Origin: Lysobacterales bacterium
GTDB lineage: Bacteria; Pseudomonadota; Gammaproteobacteria; Xanthomonadales; SZUA-5
Assembly: GCA_022844165.1 (NCBI GenBank)
Contig: JALHMH010000004.1
Location: 10,197 to 74,196 of the forward strand
Length of the DNA: 64,000 nt
Direction: 5' to 3'
The notes below the pieces were generated by a model that saw nothing but the letters and a program-made list of their open reading frames with translations, did no database searches and was not told the origin of the DNA. The position numbers and the translations under genes were made by a program. Below are positions 44,743 to 54,982 of this stretch, piece after piece; positions within the stretch are counted from its first letter, which is position 1; each line of letters begins with the position of its first letter.

Positions 44743-45135
44743 TTAAAGCAAGGAATAGAACTGCAGACTATTCTGGCCGGGATCGCGAACGTGGAACTCT
44801 CGGGTACCCCAGGGCGTATTCGCGGGCGCGGCCCATGGGCTGCCTTGGGACGTGCCTGCGTTGATCCTCCCGGTCTCGAGAAACTCTCCATAAAGCGCAT
44901 CCACATCGCTGACAAGGAAACGGTAAGTCGGGCGATCTGTTGGGTAGACCCATTGCTGCGGATCAGCCCATTGAATGTGCAGTTCGACGCCATCGCGCGC
45001 AACGCCTGCGTACTTGGGGTCCGTGGGGTTGTCCTGGAACAAAATCCTGAACCCAAGATCGCGGTAGAACTGCACTGCCGCCGCCACGTCATTGGCTGCA
45101 AGTACTGGGTGGACACGTTGAAGTTGGGCTTTCAT
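44743..45135 (-). CDS. VOC/glyoxalase-bleomycin-resistance family protein
   Basis: MKAQLQRVHPVLAANDVAAAVQFYRDLGFRILF ... GVELHIQ ... WGTREFHVRDPGQNSLQFY. Confidence 0.7.
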   Translation of the reverse strand: MKAQLQRVHPVLAANDVAAAVQFYRDLGFRILFQDNPTDPKYAGVARDGVELHIQWADPQQWVYPTDRPTYRFLVSDVDALYGEFLETGRINAGTSQGSPWAAPANTPWGTREFHVRDPGQNSLQFYSLL

Positions 45136-45699
45136 CGGCGCCTCGGGCTTGGCGGTGAGAGAACAGCGATTGGCAGTTGCGAGATTCTGGCACGCGCCGG
45201 CAACGCCCGAACGGTTGGCCGCCGCCACCGAGTCCGACGAAACAGCCGACCAGCGCGCTCAATCCCTTCCCGATGCAGGCAACGTGCACGGCTTTCTGAC
45301 CATCCTGGCAAAGACCGAATTCGAACTCGGCGACGGCTCAGATGCCTCCCGCGCCGCCATCACCGCCAAGGTCTCCAGTATCCGCACCGTGGGCGAGGCC
45401 GAAGACTACGCCGAACACGTAGCCCAACTCGTGCGCGCGGTTCGGGAGCGCGGGAGTTAGGAGGGCGGAGTACAGGGGCCATATCGAACTCGGCGCTTTG
45501 GCCGGCATGGAGCGGCCTGTTTGCCGAGCGGTTAACGGAACTATCCGCGGAAGGTGCCGCCTTCCGTGCATTCGAAGTACAAGCGCACGGTTTGGCCCTT
45601 GTACGGAAGCTGGCGGAAGCTGCGTTGCACGTCGCTCGACGTTTTGGTCAAGTTCGAGTGGCTGGCCAGGGTTGTGAGAGCACAATCCCGCATTACCGT

Positions 45700-46146
45700 T
45701 CAGCGCATGTCGGCGCCCACGATGTCCACCACCAGCGCGCGCGCGGTCTGGTCCGTTTCGTTCCTCCACCAATGCACCACTCCCGTGGCCTCGAACGAGA
45801 CCGCGCCCACGCCGCGTTTGATCGGCCCGCTGGCATCATTGCGGTATTCGGTCAACTCACCCTGCAGCACGTAGGCCATACCCGGGCGTTGCCGGTGCTC
45901 GTGCACCGCGATCTGCGCCCGAGGCGCGAGCACAAATTCGCGCGCGCGAAGCACCTTGCCGTCTGCGCCCGGGATCTCATTGTCCAGCGGCAGCCGGCCC
46001 AGTTCCGCTGCCGATTCCACGCCACGGGTTTCCTTCGGTCCATCGGCCATCAGCCGCTGCGCGGCTTCCTTCTCGTGTTCCGGGATCACGTCGTGGGCTA
46101 GAGCAGGCAGAGCGATGAGGGCAAGCAGCAAACACGAAAAGCGCAT
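45700..46146 (-). CDS. exported cupin-domain protein
   Basis: ATG 46146 (MRFSCLLLALIALPALA). Cupin motifs: VHEHRQRPGMAYVLQGEL ... GVVHWWRN. Confidence 0.7.
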   Translation of the reverse strand: MRFSCLLLALIALPALAHDVIPEHEKEAAQRLMADGPKETRGVESAAELGRLPLDNEIPGADGKVLRAREFVLAPRAQIAVHEHRQRPGMAYVLQGELTEYRNDASGPIKRGVGAVSFEATGVVHWWRNETDQTARALVVDIVGADMR

Positions 46147-46243
46147 GGCAGTGTCGACTCCGTGGCATGTTGAGGGCCACGATGTTGCCGTGCGCTGGAA
46201 GCGCTGTCCATGCCCGCCAAATTTCGCGGCGGACATCCCAGCG

Positions 46244-46373
46244 CCTGCTGCGTGCCCGGAAGGCGCCGCCACCCTGGTCGGCACGCACCTCGCCCGCAGC
46301 AAGGCCTGATCGCCCCCGGCAAGCACATCGTGCTGGTCAATTGCGCCAGCGGCTGCAGCATCCGTTGCCGGTG
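46244..46373 (+). pseudogene. 3'-end remnant of the PLP enzyme gene found at 47015..47912
   Basis: It aligns with 47773-47906 (gcctgctgc..gaaggcgccgccaccct..gcccgc(c)agcaagg..gatcgcccccggc..tccgttgccggtg) with a 1-nt deletion and scattered substitutions. Confidence 0.5.
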
Positions 46374-46492
46374 CAGGCTTGAGGTGCAGCGCTTGCGCGA
46401 AAACGACGATTCCGTCGCGTTTCAGTCCGAGCACGTGATCCGGCAGTCAGTTGGTCATCCACCGAGACGAGAAAACGGCTCTCGCGCTGCGC

Positions 46493-47012
46493 TTATTCGA
46501 ATCCATCGCGAAAGAGCTCCGATCGTCGTTCTTGTGCGCCTTGGTCCTGTGGGCCGAGCAGGTTGACAAAAGGTAGATCCACCGATCGCGTGCGCTGATT
46601 GAGGTCGAGTGGACGGGTGCTTGTTGGACAAGCATCCGTCGCGTTGCCTGTAGCGTTTGGCAAAAAGTCCGCATCCAAGCCCGTATTGCCGGCGACTCGG
46701 CCAATGCTGCCGCCACCGATGCTGGTGTTCTCGTTGACCATCGGCAAGCAGGTGCCCGGGAGTGCGCTGATCGCTCCCGATCCGCCGGCGTTCACGGGCA
46801 CGCTATGGAAGATGATGCTGTGACCCAAGTTGACTCGAGATGGGTGACTTCCGGTCCGAGCGAAAGCACTGCCAGTGATCGAATTCGCAGCCAGCGTCGA
46901 CGAAGTGATCAACACATCGGGGACCGTATTTGGCAATTCGAGCGTGACTAAGCGCGCACCTTGGTTGCCGGTGATCAAAGAGTTTCTGATCTCCAGGGTG
47001 CCAGTATTGCCA
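46493..47012 (-). pseudogene. 5'-truncated C-terminal remnant of a parallel beta-helix protein ending ..LFRDGFE
   Basis: GNTGTLEIRNSLITGNQGARLV..VLITSSTLAANSITGSAFAR.. (beta-helix-like turns) ...ERRSELFRDGFE*. There is no plausible N-terminus. It abuts the truncated PLP gene head to head. Confidence 0.5.
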
Positions 47013-47014
47013 GA

Positions 47015-47912
47015 AGCATCCCTCGATGTGCGCATCGAGGTCAAGGACGAGGGCCGTCTGCCCACGGGCTCATTCAAAGCGCGCGGCCTGGTGATGGCGG
47101 TGAACATGGCCAAGGCGCTCGGCATCACGCGCATGGCAATTCCCACCAACGGCAACGCCGGTGCGGCGCTCGCCGCCTACGGCGTGCGTGCCGGTATCGA
47201 GGTACATTGCTTCTGTCCGGCCGACACCTCCGAAGCCAATCTGCGCGAAATCGTGCTGCAGGGCGCACAGCTGACGCGCGTGGACGGCATGATCGATGAC
47301 TGCGGAAAACTGGTCGCCGCCGGCGAACGCGAGGGCCGCTGGTTCTCGATCGCAACATTGCGCGAGCCGTATCGCATCGAGGGCAAGAAGACCATGGGCC
47401 TTGAACTCGCAGAGCAACTCGGTTGGACCGTACCGGATGCGATCTTCTATCCCACCGGCGGTGGCACCGGCTTGATCGGCATGTGGAAAGCCTTCGACGA
47501 GCTGCAAGCCCTCGGTTGGATCGGCGCCAGGCGGCCGCGCATGTTCGCCGTGCAGGCCACCGGTTGTGCGCCCATCGTGCGCGCTTTCGAACGCGGCGAG
47601 GAGTTTGCCGAACGCTGGGCGAACGCGGCCACGCAGGCGCATGGCATCCGCGTGCCCGCAGCCCTCGGCGATTTTCTGATCCTGCGCGCGGTGCGCGCCT
47701 CCGGCGGCGCGGCGATCGCTGTCGACGAAGACGCCATCGCCAGCGCCTGGCGCGATGCAGGCCAACATGACGGCCTGCTGCTCTGCCCCGAAGGCGCCGC
47801 CACCCTCGCCGGCGCACGCCTCGCCCGCCAGCAAGGCTTGATCGCCCCCGGCGAGCACGTGGTGCTGTTCAACTGCGCCAGCGGCTACAAGTATCCGTTG
47901 CCGGTGTGGTGA
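47015..47912 (+). pseudogene. threonine-synthase-like PLP-dependent enzyme lacking about the first 60-80 codons
   Basis: VKDEGRLPTGSFKARG (PLP-lysine motif) lies only about 10 residues from where homology starts. The rest is intact (..NGNAGAALAAY.., ..PTGGGTGLIGMWKAF..). The upstream in-frame sequence is antisense to the beta-helix remnant. Confidence 0.6.
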
Positions 47913-48236
47913 TGCTGGGGCGGGCGAGGGTAGCGCGGAGCCCAATCGGTCGATCGTTTGTCGCCGTTCGGTTCGCTGTGCTTATTGTCGAGCACGTGGG
48001 ACCCGATTGCGGAGCGTGCAAGTATTGCTATCCGATCCGCCGAGAATTGACATGTTGATCGGCTGTGGTTCCCGCAAATGGTCAGCAGGAGGTCTCTGAT
48101 GAGCGCTCTGTGCGCCTGGTGCTGACAGCTGTGAAGGGCTAAACCCAGGGTGCGCTTTCTGCGTCTTCAGCGAGCGCGACATGAGCGGCGGGGAATCCTG
48201 GCGCTGAGGCCAGGGCGATTCCTCTGGGCCGAGCAG

Positions 48237-50051
48237 TTAACAACCGCAGGGTCTGGCGTGCAAGCGTCGAAGTAGTGCAGCGCGCAGTTTAGGATTGCGA
48301 GGATCTTGCATCAGCGGCGCATGCTCCACGCCGACACCGGCGAAATACCAGCGCTGTTGTTCAATTCGCAAACTGCTTTTAACGCTCTTGCGGATGACAT
48401 ACTCAAGCTGCCCCCGCTCGTCGATGATCAGAGTGCAGCCACCCAGGAACTCGCCAAATCCATGGGCAAATCGTGTCTGCACGAGTTCGACGACATAGCC
48501 AAGCGCCAGTGCACTTTGCGTTGCGCGTCTTCGTAATGCGCGCACCGATTCGATGCGGATCGGTCCAAACTCCTCCGAAGGCAGCGCGAGGCCCAATTTT
48601 TCAAGCTCCGGCTCGCCAGCGTCTCGAAGCGCCTCCAGAAACTGCGCAACGTGATCCGCTTGGGCGATCCGCCAGTCATGTGTGGGTATGGCCGTGGCGA
48701 AGTTGATCGGCGCCCAATTTGCGCCTTCGTTGAGCCAGCCGATTCGACTGAGGCGATGCAACGCAACAACGGGTAGCGAGAGCAATTCCGCGCGATCCCA
48801 GAGCAGTTCGTTTTCATCCAGCGTCAGCACATCGTCGACGGGGATACTATAGCGACGAAACGCAAGAATCAGCGCTTCCCGATAGCCCCATGGGTCGTCG
48901 CGAACCAGATCGTGATCGGCTGTCACCATGGCCCGCAAGTACTCGCCGAAAGTGACATCGACCGGTGGCAGGTAGTCGATCGCGCGGATACAGATATCGA
49001 GAAACTGATCGGCCAGATCTGTAGCCGCTTTGGCCAAAAGGTCGATGAGCGCTGCACCAGGTGGACCGTTGCCACGCAATGAGCGCAGGCGTTCGGTCTT
49101 GCGTCGGTAGACAATGCGGAAAGCTTCGAAGACGGCAGTTGACAAAATTGAGCCGCGAGCATGCGGCTCGGTTCCGTGATCGTAGCGAAACCTGGACTTG
49201 TTGAGCGATTCGGGGTCCTCATCGTCGATGACGGCGCGACGCAGCGCACTGGCATTGCCCTGAACGGCCTGACCAAACTCGCGTGCCAGTTCCGACAGCA
49301 ATTTGTCGGCGAGGTCGGAAGGATCGTGTTCGATACAGCGTCGGACCTGATCGGGAAAAGCAAAGTGCGAGAACAGTGCCACGAGATCGGCAAAGCCCTC
49401 ATGGATGGCCAGCACATCGACATTCGTTGGCACCAGCATATGGCTGCGAATGCCATCGAGCAAAGCATGCGCCGTCTCATGGACAATCACGTCGAAGGAC
49501 AACGCGGTGCTGACTTGGGTGCCGGTTTGCAGTCGGCCGACAGCGTCTGTCGGCGATGGGAAGTAGCCGAAAGCCAGCCGGCGCCCTTCCGGATCGTAGT
49601 AGGCGTTTGCTTCCGGTAAGTCCACGTTGATTTGCAGCCTGCCTTCGAAAGAGAACTCAGGCTCGCGGCCCAAGGCCTTGGCAACTCGGGCGATTGTCCA
49701 ACTGGCGACGGCATAGCTCATTTGCTGTGCAAACCCAGGATCGCTCGAAGAGGGCTCCAGTCCGCCGTCAACCAACGCAGCAGGTGTGTTTAAATCGGGA
49801 AACGGCTTGTGCGGAGGACGCACGCGCTTCAGACGCGACGGCCATGCGCCTTCGTCCAGCCGCGACAGCTGCAGGCGGCGTCCAATCCCGTTCTGCAGTG
49901 TTTCGTGGGGAATGGCCAGCACGCCGATCGGCCCGTCGACCTTGGGTAGTTGCGGATCTCGGGTGAAGACGCGCAATAGACGACGTTGCTTCGCCGCTGG
50001 CGAAACATCATCGATACGTAAGATGCGCTCGCCTGGTACGGTGAGAATCAT
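48237..50051 (-). CDS. cytoplasmic gluzincin-type metalloprotease (604 aa), thermolysin-like active-site spacing
   Basis: VHETAHALLDGIRSHMLVPTNVDVLAIHEGFADLVA: HExxH, then Glu 23 residues after the second His in an xxHEGFAD context resembling the NExxSD of M4 proteases. There is no signal peptide (MILTVPGERILRIDD). The ~300-aa C-terminal region is unassigned. Confidence 0.75.
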   Translation of the reverse strand: MILTVPGERILRIDDVSPAAKQRRLLRVFTRDPQLPKVDGPIGVLAIPHETLQNGIGRRLQLSRLDEGAWPSRLKRVRPPHKPFPDLNTPAALVDGGLEPSSSDPGFAQQMSYAVASWTIARVAKALGREPEFSFEGRLQINVDLPEANAYYDPEGRRLAFGYFPSPTDAVGRLQTGTQVSTALSFDVIVHETAHALLDGIRSHMLVPTNVDVLAIHEGFADLVALFSHFAFPDQVRRCIEHDPSDLADKLLSELAREFGQAVQGNASALRRAVIDDEDPESLNKSRFRYDHGTEPHARGSILSTAVFEAFRIVYRRKTERLRSLRGNGPPGAALIDLLAKAATDLADQFLDICIRAIDYLPPVDVTFGEYLRAMVTADHDLVRDDPWGYREALILAFRRYSIPVDDVLTLDENELLWDRAELLSLPVVALHRLSRIGWLNEGANWAPINFATAIPTHDWRIAQADHVAQFLEALRDAGEPELEKLGLALPSEEFGPIRIESVRALRRRATQSALALGYVVELVQTRFAHGFGEFLGGCTLIIDERGQLEYVIRKSVKSSLRIEQQRWYFAGVGVEHAPLMQDPRNPKLRAALLRRLHARPCGC

Positions 50052-50105
50052 GACGGCATGCTCACACCGGCCCTGCGCCAGAAGTCGCTCATCTCCTTGC
50101 TCCAG

Positions 50106-50783
50106 TCAATTGCTGCTTTGAATTTTGGCGGCCGGCGTAACTGCCGCCGCAGGGGAAACGCCCTTCAAGAGGCGCACGATCAAGCCCATGGCTTCGTAGG
50201 AACAGAGCGCGCCGCGTGCGCTGTTATTGCGGTCTTCGATGAGGCCGCTGATGTCGATGGCCGAGACGCGCGAATCGCTGCCGGGCGCCAGCCCTGCGCT
50301 GGCCATGCACGGCCTGCCGTCGGTCCCTTCTTTGGGCCCGAGGATTCTCGATTGGGCGGTGATGTCGCCCGGGCAATAAAGTACAACGACCCGTTGCACC
50401 GCACCGAGTGCGCGCATCGGTATCGTGGATGGGAACTGAGACGAGGCGAAGGCATCCCAGCACAAAGCTGGCGCCAGCATCACCAGGACCGAGTGCGGTG
50501 CGTCGAGCGGAGAATTGCTCCAGCGCTTTTTTGCGCGATCGAGATCGCGATCTGCCAACGCAATCAAGAGCGACCCGCAACCGTCGATGACCGACAACAT
50601 GGGCGCATTGGCGTTATTTTCGCCGATAGTCGTTTGGACATCTGTGGGAAACCAAATCGCATCGAGCCGCGCGTCGCTGTTAGGACATCTGAACCCGTGT
50701 TCCAACAGGACCTTTTGGTTGGACTCGGGATCAAAATTGACTATTCCGCTACCGCTGCTCGCGACCAGAACTTTGTTGGGCAT
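50106..50783 (-). CDS. hypothetical 225-aa protein, middle gene of the operon
   Basis: RBS gagaggaga lies 5 nt before ATG 50783 (MPNKVLVASSGSGIV). The start is 14 nt after the upstream stop. There is no signal peptide, no TM helix and no recognised motif. Confidence 0.6.
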   Translation of the reverse strand: MPNKVLVASSGSGIVNFDPESNQKVLLEHGFRCPNSDARLDAIWFPTDVQTTIGENNANAPMLSVIDGCGSLLIALADRDLDRAKKRWSNSPLDAPHSVLVMLAPALCWDAFASSQFPSTIPMRALGAVQRVVVLYCPGDITAQSRILGPKEGTDGRPCMASAGLAPGSDSRVSAIDISGLIEDRNNSARGALCSYEAMGLIVRLLKGVSPAAAVTPAAKIQSSN

Positions 50784-50797
50784 CGTTGTCTCCTCTC

Positions 50798-53700
50798 TCA
50801 CCAACCTACGTGTTCCAAGATGGGCCGAATCAGCCCACCGCCCCATTGCATGACACCCGGCATCTCCAGCACGACGATGGCCAACGCCAAGATCACAAAC
50901 GGCGTCAAGAACGCCGAAATAAAGGTCCAGGAAATGTCGGTGCGACCGGAGGTGTTCGACAACAAGCGGCTCAGCGCTTCATTGCGCTCACACCAGATCA
51001 GCGCGTAACAAAATCCGAATGCGCCCAGCAGGAGATAGCCCAGTGCCACCAGCAGTAAGCCATCGCGCGCACTGATCGGCCAGGCGTAACCGCATGCAAT
51101 CAATGCACCGGCGGCGACAAATGCGCCGTAAAAGCAAAGTCGAATTCGCCTGACCAGATAAGCGGCCAACGTCGCCGCAATCGTCCGATGGGTCAGCGAG
51201 TCGACGTACTGCTGACTAATTTCTGCCATGCCTCCGACGAAGGCGTTGGCCTGTGTAATTCCCAAGAACTTAAGCGACGGCAGCCAATCATGCTCATCGG
51301 CGTTGAACGGCGACTCGCGGAAGAAAGGCGGTATCCAGCGAAGTCGAACCTCACTTCCGTTGTGAACCAGCGCCGTGGTCGGGAGCACCGCCCAGTCGCC
51401 AAGCCTGAACTTGCCATCGGCGCTCGGCAGCGCTTGCATCATGCGCATCGTCAAGCGGCCGCTGAAGCGTCGCAATTCCGACAGCCACATAGCTGCCTGG
51501 AGCAACGCGGTCCAAGCCAGCAATCCGAGCAGCGCGGTCGCCGCGAAGGATGCCCAGGCGACCCAAGCCGAATATGGGACGAAGTGCAATCGAGGGCCCG
51601 AAATGGTCGGTGCGACCACAACGATCAGCGGCAGCAGCGCCAACACACCGACAGCGCCGATCGGACCTCGCGGCAGGCGGACATAGCGGACGAGCAGTTG
51701 TTGCGGATCTCTGATCAGCTCGACGAACCTGGTCGGTGGCTCCTTGTCTCCGTTCGCAATGAAATCGGCCCGCCAGCAGAGCAACCAGGTAGTCAAGAGT
51801 ACGCTTCCGATGACGACCGCGGTCAGCAATGGCAGACTGACGCCGTCGAAGATGCTCCCGGCAGAAGAACCCATCAGCTCATAGAGATTCCAAACAGCTG
51901 GACCGCTGGCCACTGCAGTCGCAACACTCAGCAAACATAGCGGCAATTGCGTTAGCGTCATTTCGGTCCAGACGTTCCATCCAGGAGCGAACTTGGCTGT
52001 TCTTACACTTGCCCAGAAGACGTATCCCAGGCACGCCAAGTTTGTGGTCAGCAAAAGAACTTCTGTGACCGCGGACGACAAGAGAAGAATAGTGAAGCCG
52101 GCCATCCAGGTTATCAAAGGCATCCAGGCGCGCATGGTCGACGACGCGCCAGGGGTTGGGCCGCCCTCCCCGGGCAGAGTGCCGGAGAGCACAATCGCAA
52201 AGAGGACAAAGGCAAAAAGCACCAAGGCAAGGAGCGACATGAACACGGCTCCTCGTCCAGCTAATTTGGCTTCCAATGCCTTCTCTGAAGCGTCCGCCAG
52301 AGACCTTGTTGTTGCGGTATGGAAAAGCGGCGGAAAACCAACGCTGATTCGAAGCGTTGACTGATTGCACCATCTTGTGCAAGCTTTTTCTTCGATGCCC
52401 AAAGATCGAACAAGGCAAAACAGCAGCGCCTGGTCGTCGGTGGAAAACGACTCATAGCTAGGAGTTTGGCCGTGGCTGTGGATCTCAAACTCCAGCGGAT
52501 GCGATGCCAACATCACGGCACCACGCGTGGCATGCGCGACGCTCGAGTGCGACATCAAGACATCGGCCTCTAAGTCGATGAATAAGGCTTGCGGCAGCTC
52601 ACCGCGCAACCGCTGCATCAGAAAGATCCGATCTCTGACATCGGTGGCGGCGATCACGACGATGCGTGGCCTGACATTGATTTTGATGTGGCGGATTGCC
52701 TGTTCAAGTTCGAGTTCGGCGCTGGCGATGGTGGTCGACGCTTGCGTACTTTCTGGAAACTCCGAGCCGTTTTCGGCACCGGGCGCCAGGTCGAGCAGCG
52801 AGTGGGAGTTGGGCAGTCCAAGCGCATCGCGCGCTATCGCTTCGGCACGCCGTTCGCGTTCACGGGCGCCGTGTCGGATGTCGGCGATGTTGGCTGGAAA
52901 ATGGACCTCTAATGCGCGCTGACACAGCTCAAGCTTGGACTCGTCGGCGCAAACTCCGCTGCCAAAAACCGACGCTTCGGAGAAGATCGCGACGTCACGA
53001 GATTGCGCGTTTGGCTGCTCCGGCAACACACCATTGCTGACGAGGCGAGCATGCAGATTCTCGAGCTTGACGTCGTCCGGAACTGCAAATGACCGATAGC
53101 TGAAACCGCCGTACCGCTTAGCCGCATGTTCGTTACTGGAAGACGTCGCAGCGGCCGACACCAGCGTCATCGTCGGCAGCTCACCCGGACGGGTTTGAAT
53201 GCCACGCAGCATTTGAATCGCCGCACTCAGCGGCTTGCAAGCAGCATCGGACTTCCAGCGCTCCTTCAGCCGCTTAACGCCATCGTTGGAGACGCGCCTT
53301 GGTCGATGCTCGGCGAGCAGTGCGGTGAACTCACTGGTGAACAGTGCGAGCTTGCGCCGTTCACGTGCACGACAACGGGTGTCCAATTGAGTGTCCGATT
53401 GAGCGTCTGCACGGGCGTGGCGCAGATGCGCTTCCAGCTTACGAAACGCATCGTGCTGAACCCGATCGATTCGTTCGTAGCGCTTGTGGCTTGATCGCAA
53501 GAGCGCGAAGGCACTGGCGATCGAGGACATTGAGCCGGAAAAAGCGGGACCGATCACCAGCACCGGTTTGACGTCTTCGTGCGTGACTAAAGCCAGCTGG
53601 TCTGGAGGACAGGTGGACTGACGTGTTGGCGTGAACGAACCAGGGATCGGTGCGTTGTCGAACGTCAATGCACGCTGCGGCAGGCATCCATCCCGACCGA

Positions 53701-54982
53701 GCGCCTTCCAGTGCGCCCGTCCAACGGCGTTGGCAAAGGCTTCTCGTTGCACGCCGAAGGAACCCGACTCGCCCACCACGTACAGTGCTCGGACAATGAA
53801 GCCCTCGGCATTGTTTCGACGGTAATCGTCGCGCCGAAACACCAGCACGCCGAACTTGCCATCGTCCACCAGCTGACTGCCGCCGCGTTCGACCGGAGCT
53901 ACGTATTTGGGATCGTCGAGGTACTGCTGCCAGGGCACGCTGTAGCGATCGAGTACGAATCCCGCGCTGAGCATGCCGCGCATGACTGCGTGTACGGATA
54001 GCTCGTACGCTCGGCGATGGCGTGGAATACGCGGGTCGGGAACCAACAACACGCCGTATTCGATGGCATCTGCGTCGGTGTAGATCTCTTCGAAATCGGC
54101 TTCGGGATCGATTTGCCGCGCAATGCCGCTGGTTGGTGTGGGTCGGCCCAGCAAACCGATCTCGATTGCGGTTGCGATCTCGTTCAGCCCCTCATGGGCT
54201 TCCAGACCGAGTTCGTCGATCGCTTCGGCTATTTGCTTATTGGCTGTTGCGACCCCATTGGTCGCATGGGCGATGTTCTGGGTTGCCGAACTCAGTGAAC
54301 TTGGGTTGGCCTGTTCGTCTTTCGTTGAGTCGCGCTTCGAATGCACCGCCTGAGCCACCAGTTCAGTCGCGCCCGACAAAACACTAGCGTGGTGAATGAC
54401 GGCCGAGACCTGGTTTGCTGTATTGGTTCTGTCGTTGATTTGTCCGCGTTCGATCAATCGCAACTCGACCCGTGCGTTTTCCAGTTGTTCCTGCCACAGG
54501 TTGGACTTGTCGCGCAGCCGACGAATGCAACCGTGGATCGAATCGCAGCGCTGGTTGTAGATCAACTCGGTCAGCTTGATCGGGTCGACAAAACGCGGAA
54601 ACTCCGTATCGCCCGCGCACTCGGGGTCTGCCAGCTCATCCACACTCACACACGCCGCTCGTTTCAGGTCACGGACGGTCTGTTCGTTGATCGGCGAAAA
54701 GTGACGGGCTGTAGCGTTGTTTTTCCAGATCGGACCCGATTGCCTTGAGTGGGGCAAAGGACAAAGCTCTTTAACCTTGTCCTGGCATGTTCTCGCCAAG
54801 TCGCACTGACGCTGCACATCAAACTCGAGGTTTGGCGATTGTCCTTGTGGGATGCCCCGCACGACGCGATGGCACTCAAGCACGGTATTGCAGTAGGGCC
54901 GCAACTCCCTCAAATCGGAAATGCACGCTTCCGCTGTTGCAGCCGACGCAAGAATGATCAAGCAGGCAAGTAGAGCGCGCAT
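50798..54982 (-). CDS. giant (about 1394 aa) membrane protein: signal peptide, Cys-rich/coiled-coil region, periplasmic-binding-protein-like region, about 10-12 C-terminal TM helices
   Basis: MRALLACLIILASAATAEA (ATG 54982; alternative 55093). There are 14+ Cys in the first ~200 aa. Type-I-PBP-like strands: YGVLLVPDP, VLVIGPAFSGSMSSIASAF, IVVIAATDVRDRIFLMQRL. A long hydrophobic C-terminal third follows. Confidence 0.75.
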   Translation of the reverse strand: MRALLACLIILASAATAEACISDLRELRPYCNTVLECHRVVRGIPQGQSPNLEFDVQRQCDLARTCQDKVKELCPLPHSRQSGPIWKNNATARHFSPINEQTVRDLKRAACVSVDELADPECAGDTEFPRFVDPIKLTELIYNQRCDSIHGCIRRLRDKSNLWQEQLENARVELRLIERGQINDRTNTANQVSAVIHHASVLSGATELVAQAVHSKRDSTKDEQANPSSLSSATQNIAHATNGVATANKQIAEAIDELGLEAHEGLNEIATAIEIGLLGRPTPTSGIARQIDPEADFEEIYTDADAIEYGVLLVPDPRIPRHRRAYELSVHAVMRGMLSAGFVLDRYSVPWQQYLDDPKYVAPVERGGSQLVDDGKFGVLVFRRDDYRRNNAEGFIVRALYVVGESGSFGVQREAFANAVGRAHWKALGRDGCLPQRALTFDNAPIPGSFTPTRQSTCPPDQLALVTHEDVKPVLVIGPAFSGSMSSIASAFALLRSSHKRYERIDRVQHDAFRKLEAHLRHARADAQSDTQLDTRCRARERRKLALFTSEFTALLAEHRPRRVSNDGVKRLKERWKSDAACKPLSAAIQMLRGIQTRPGELPTMTLVSAAATSSSNEHAAKRYGGFSYRSFAVPDDVKLENLHARLVSNGVLPEQPNAQSRDVAIFSEASVFGSGVCADESKLELCQRALEVHFPANIADIRHGARERERRAEAIARDALGLPNSHSLLDLAPGAENGSEFPESTQASTTIASAELELEQAIRHIKINVRPRIVVIAATDVRDRIFLMQRLRGELPQALFIDLEADVLMSHSSVAHATRGAVMLASHPLEFEIHSHGQTPSYESFSTDDQALLFCLVRSLGIEEKACTRWCNQSTLRISVGFPPLFHTATTRSLADASEKALEAKLAGRGAVFMSLLALVLFAFVLFAIVLSGTLPGEGGPTPGASSTMRAWMPLITWMAGFTILLLSSAVTEVLLLTTNLACLGYVFWASVRTAKFAPGWNVWTEMTLTQLPLCLLSVATAVASGPAVWNLYELMGSSAGSIFDGVSLPLLTAVVIGSVLLTTWLLCWRADFIANGDKEPPTRFVELIRDPQQLLVRYVRLPRGPIGAVGVLALLPLIVVVAPTISGPRLHFVPYSAWVAWASFAATALLGLLAWTALLQAAMWLSELRRFSGRLTMRMMQALPSADGKFRLGDWAVLPTTALVHNGSEVRLRWIPPFFRESPFNADEHDWLPSLKFLGITQANAFVGGMAEISQQYVDSLTHRTIAATLAAYLVRRIRLCFYGAFVAAGALIACGYAWPISARDGLLLVALGYLLLGAFGFCYALIWCERNEALSRLLSNTSGRTDISWTFISAFLTPFVILALAIVVLEMPGVMQWGGGLIRPILEHVGW

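Noticed and set aside
45149-45460. A 103-aa plus-strand ORF divergent from the VOC gene, with a C-terminal part faintly resembling DUF1801.
   Set aside because: The TTG start is only 14 nt from the VOC start, the N-terminal half looks non-coding, and I cannot support the family resemblance.
50106-50783. Considered whether the 225-aa middle protein of the operon is a bacterial gasdermin (protease-adjacent, ~250 aa) or a caspase/papain-like peptidase (DGCGS ... PHSVLV).
   Set aside because: I saw no N-terminal Cys or lipidation-type start and no gasdermin-like sequence features. The Cys/His spacing is not diagnostic. It is left as unknown pending structure prediction.
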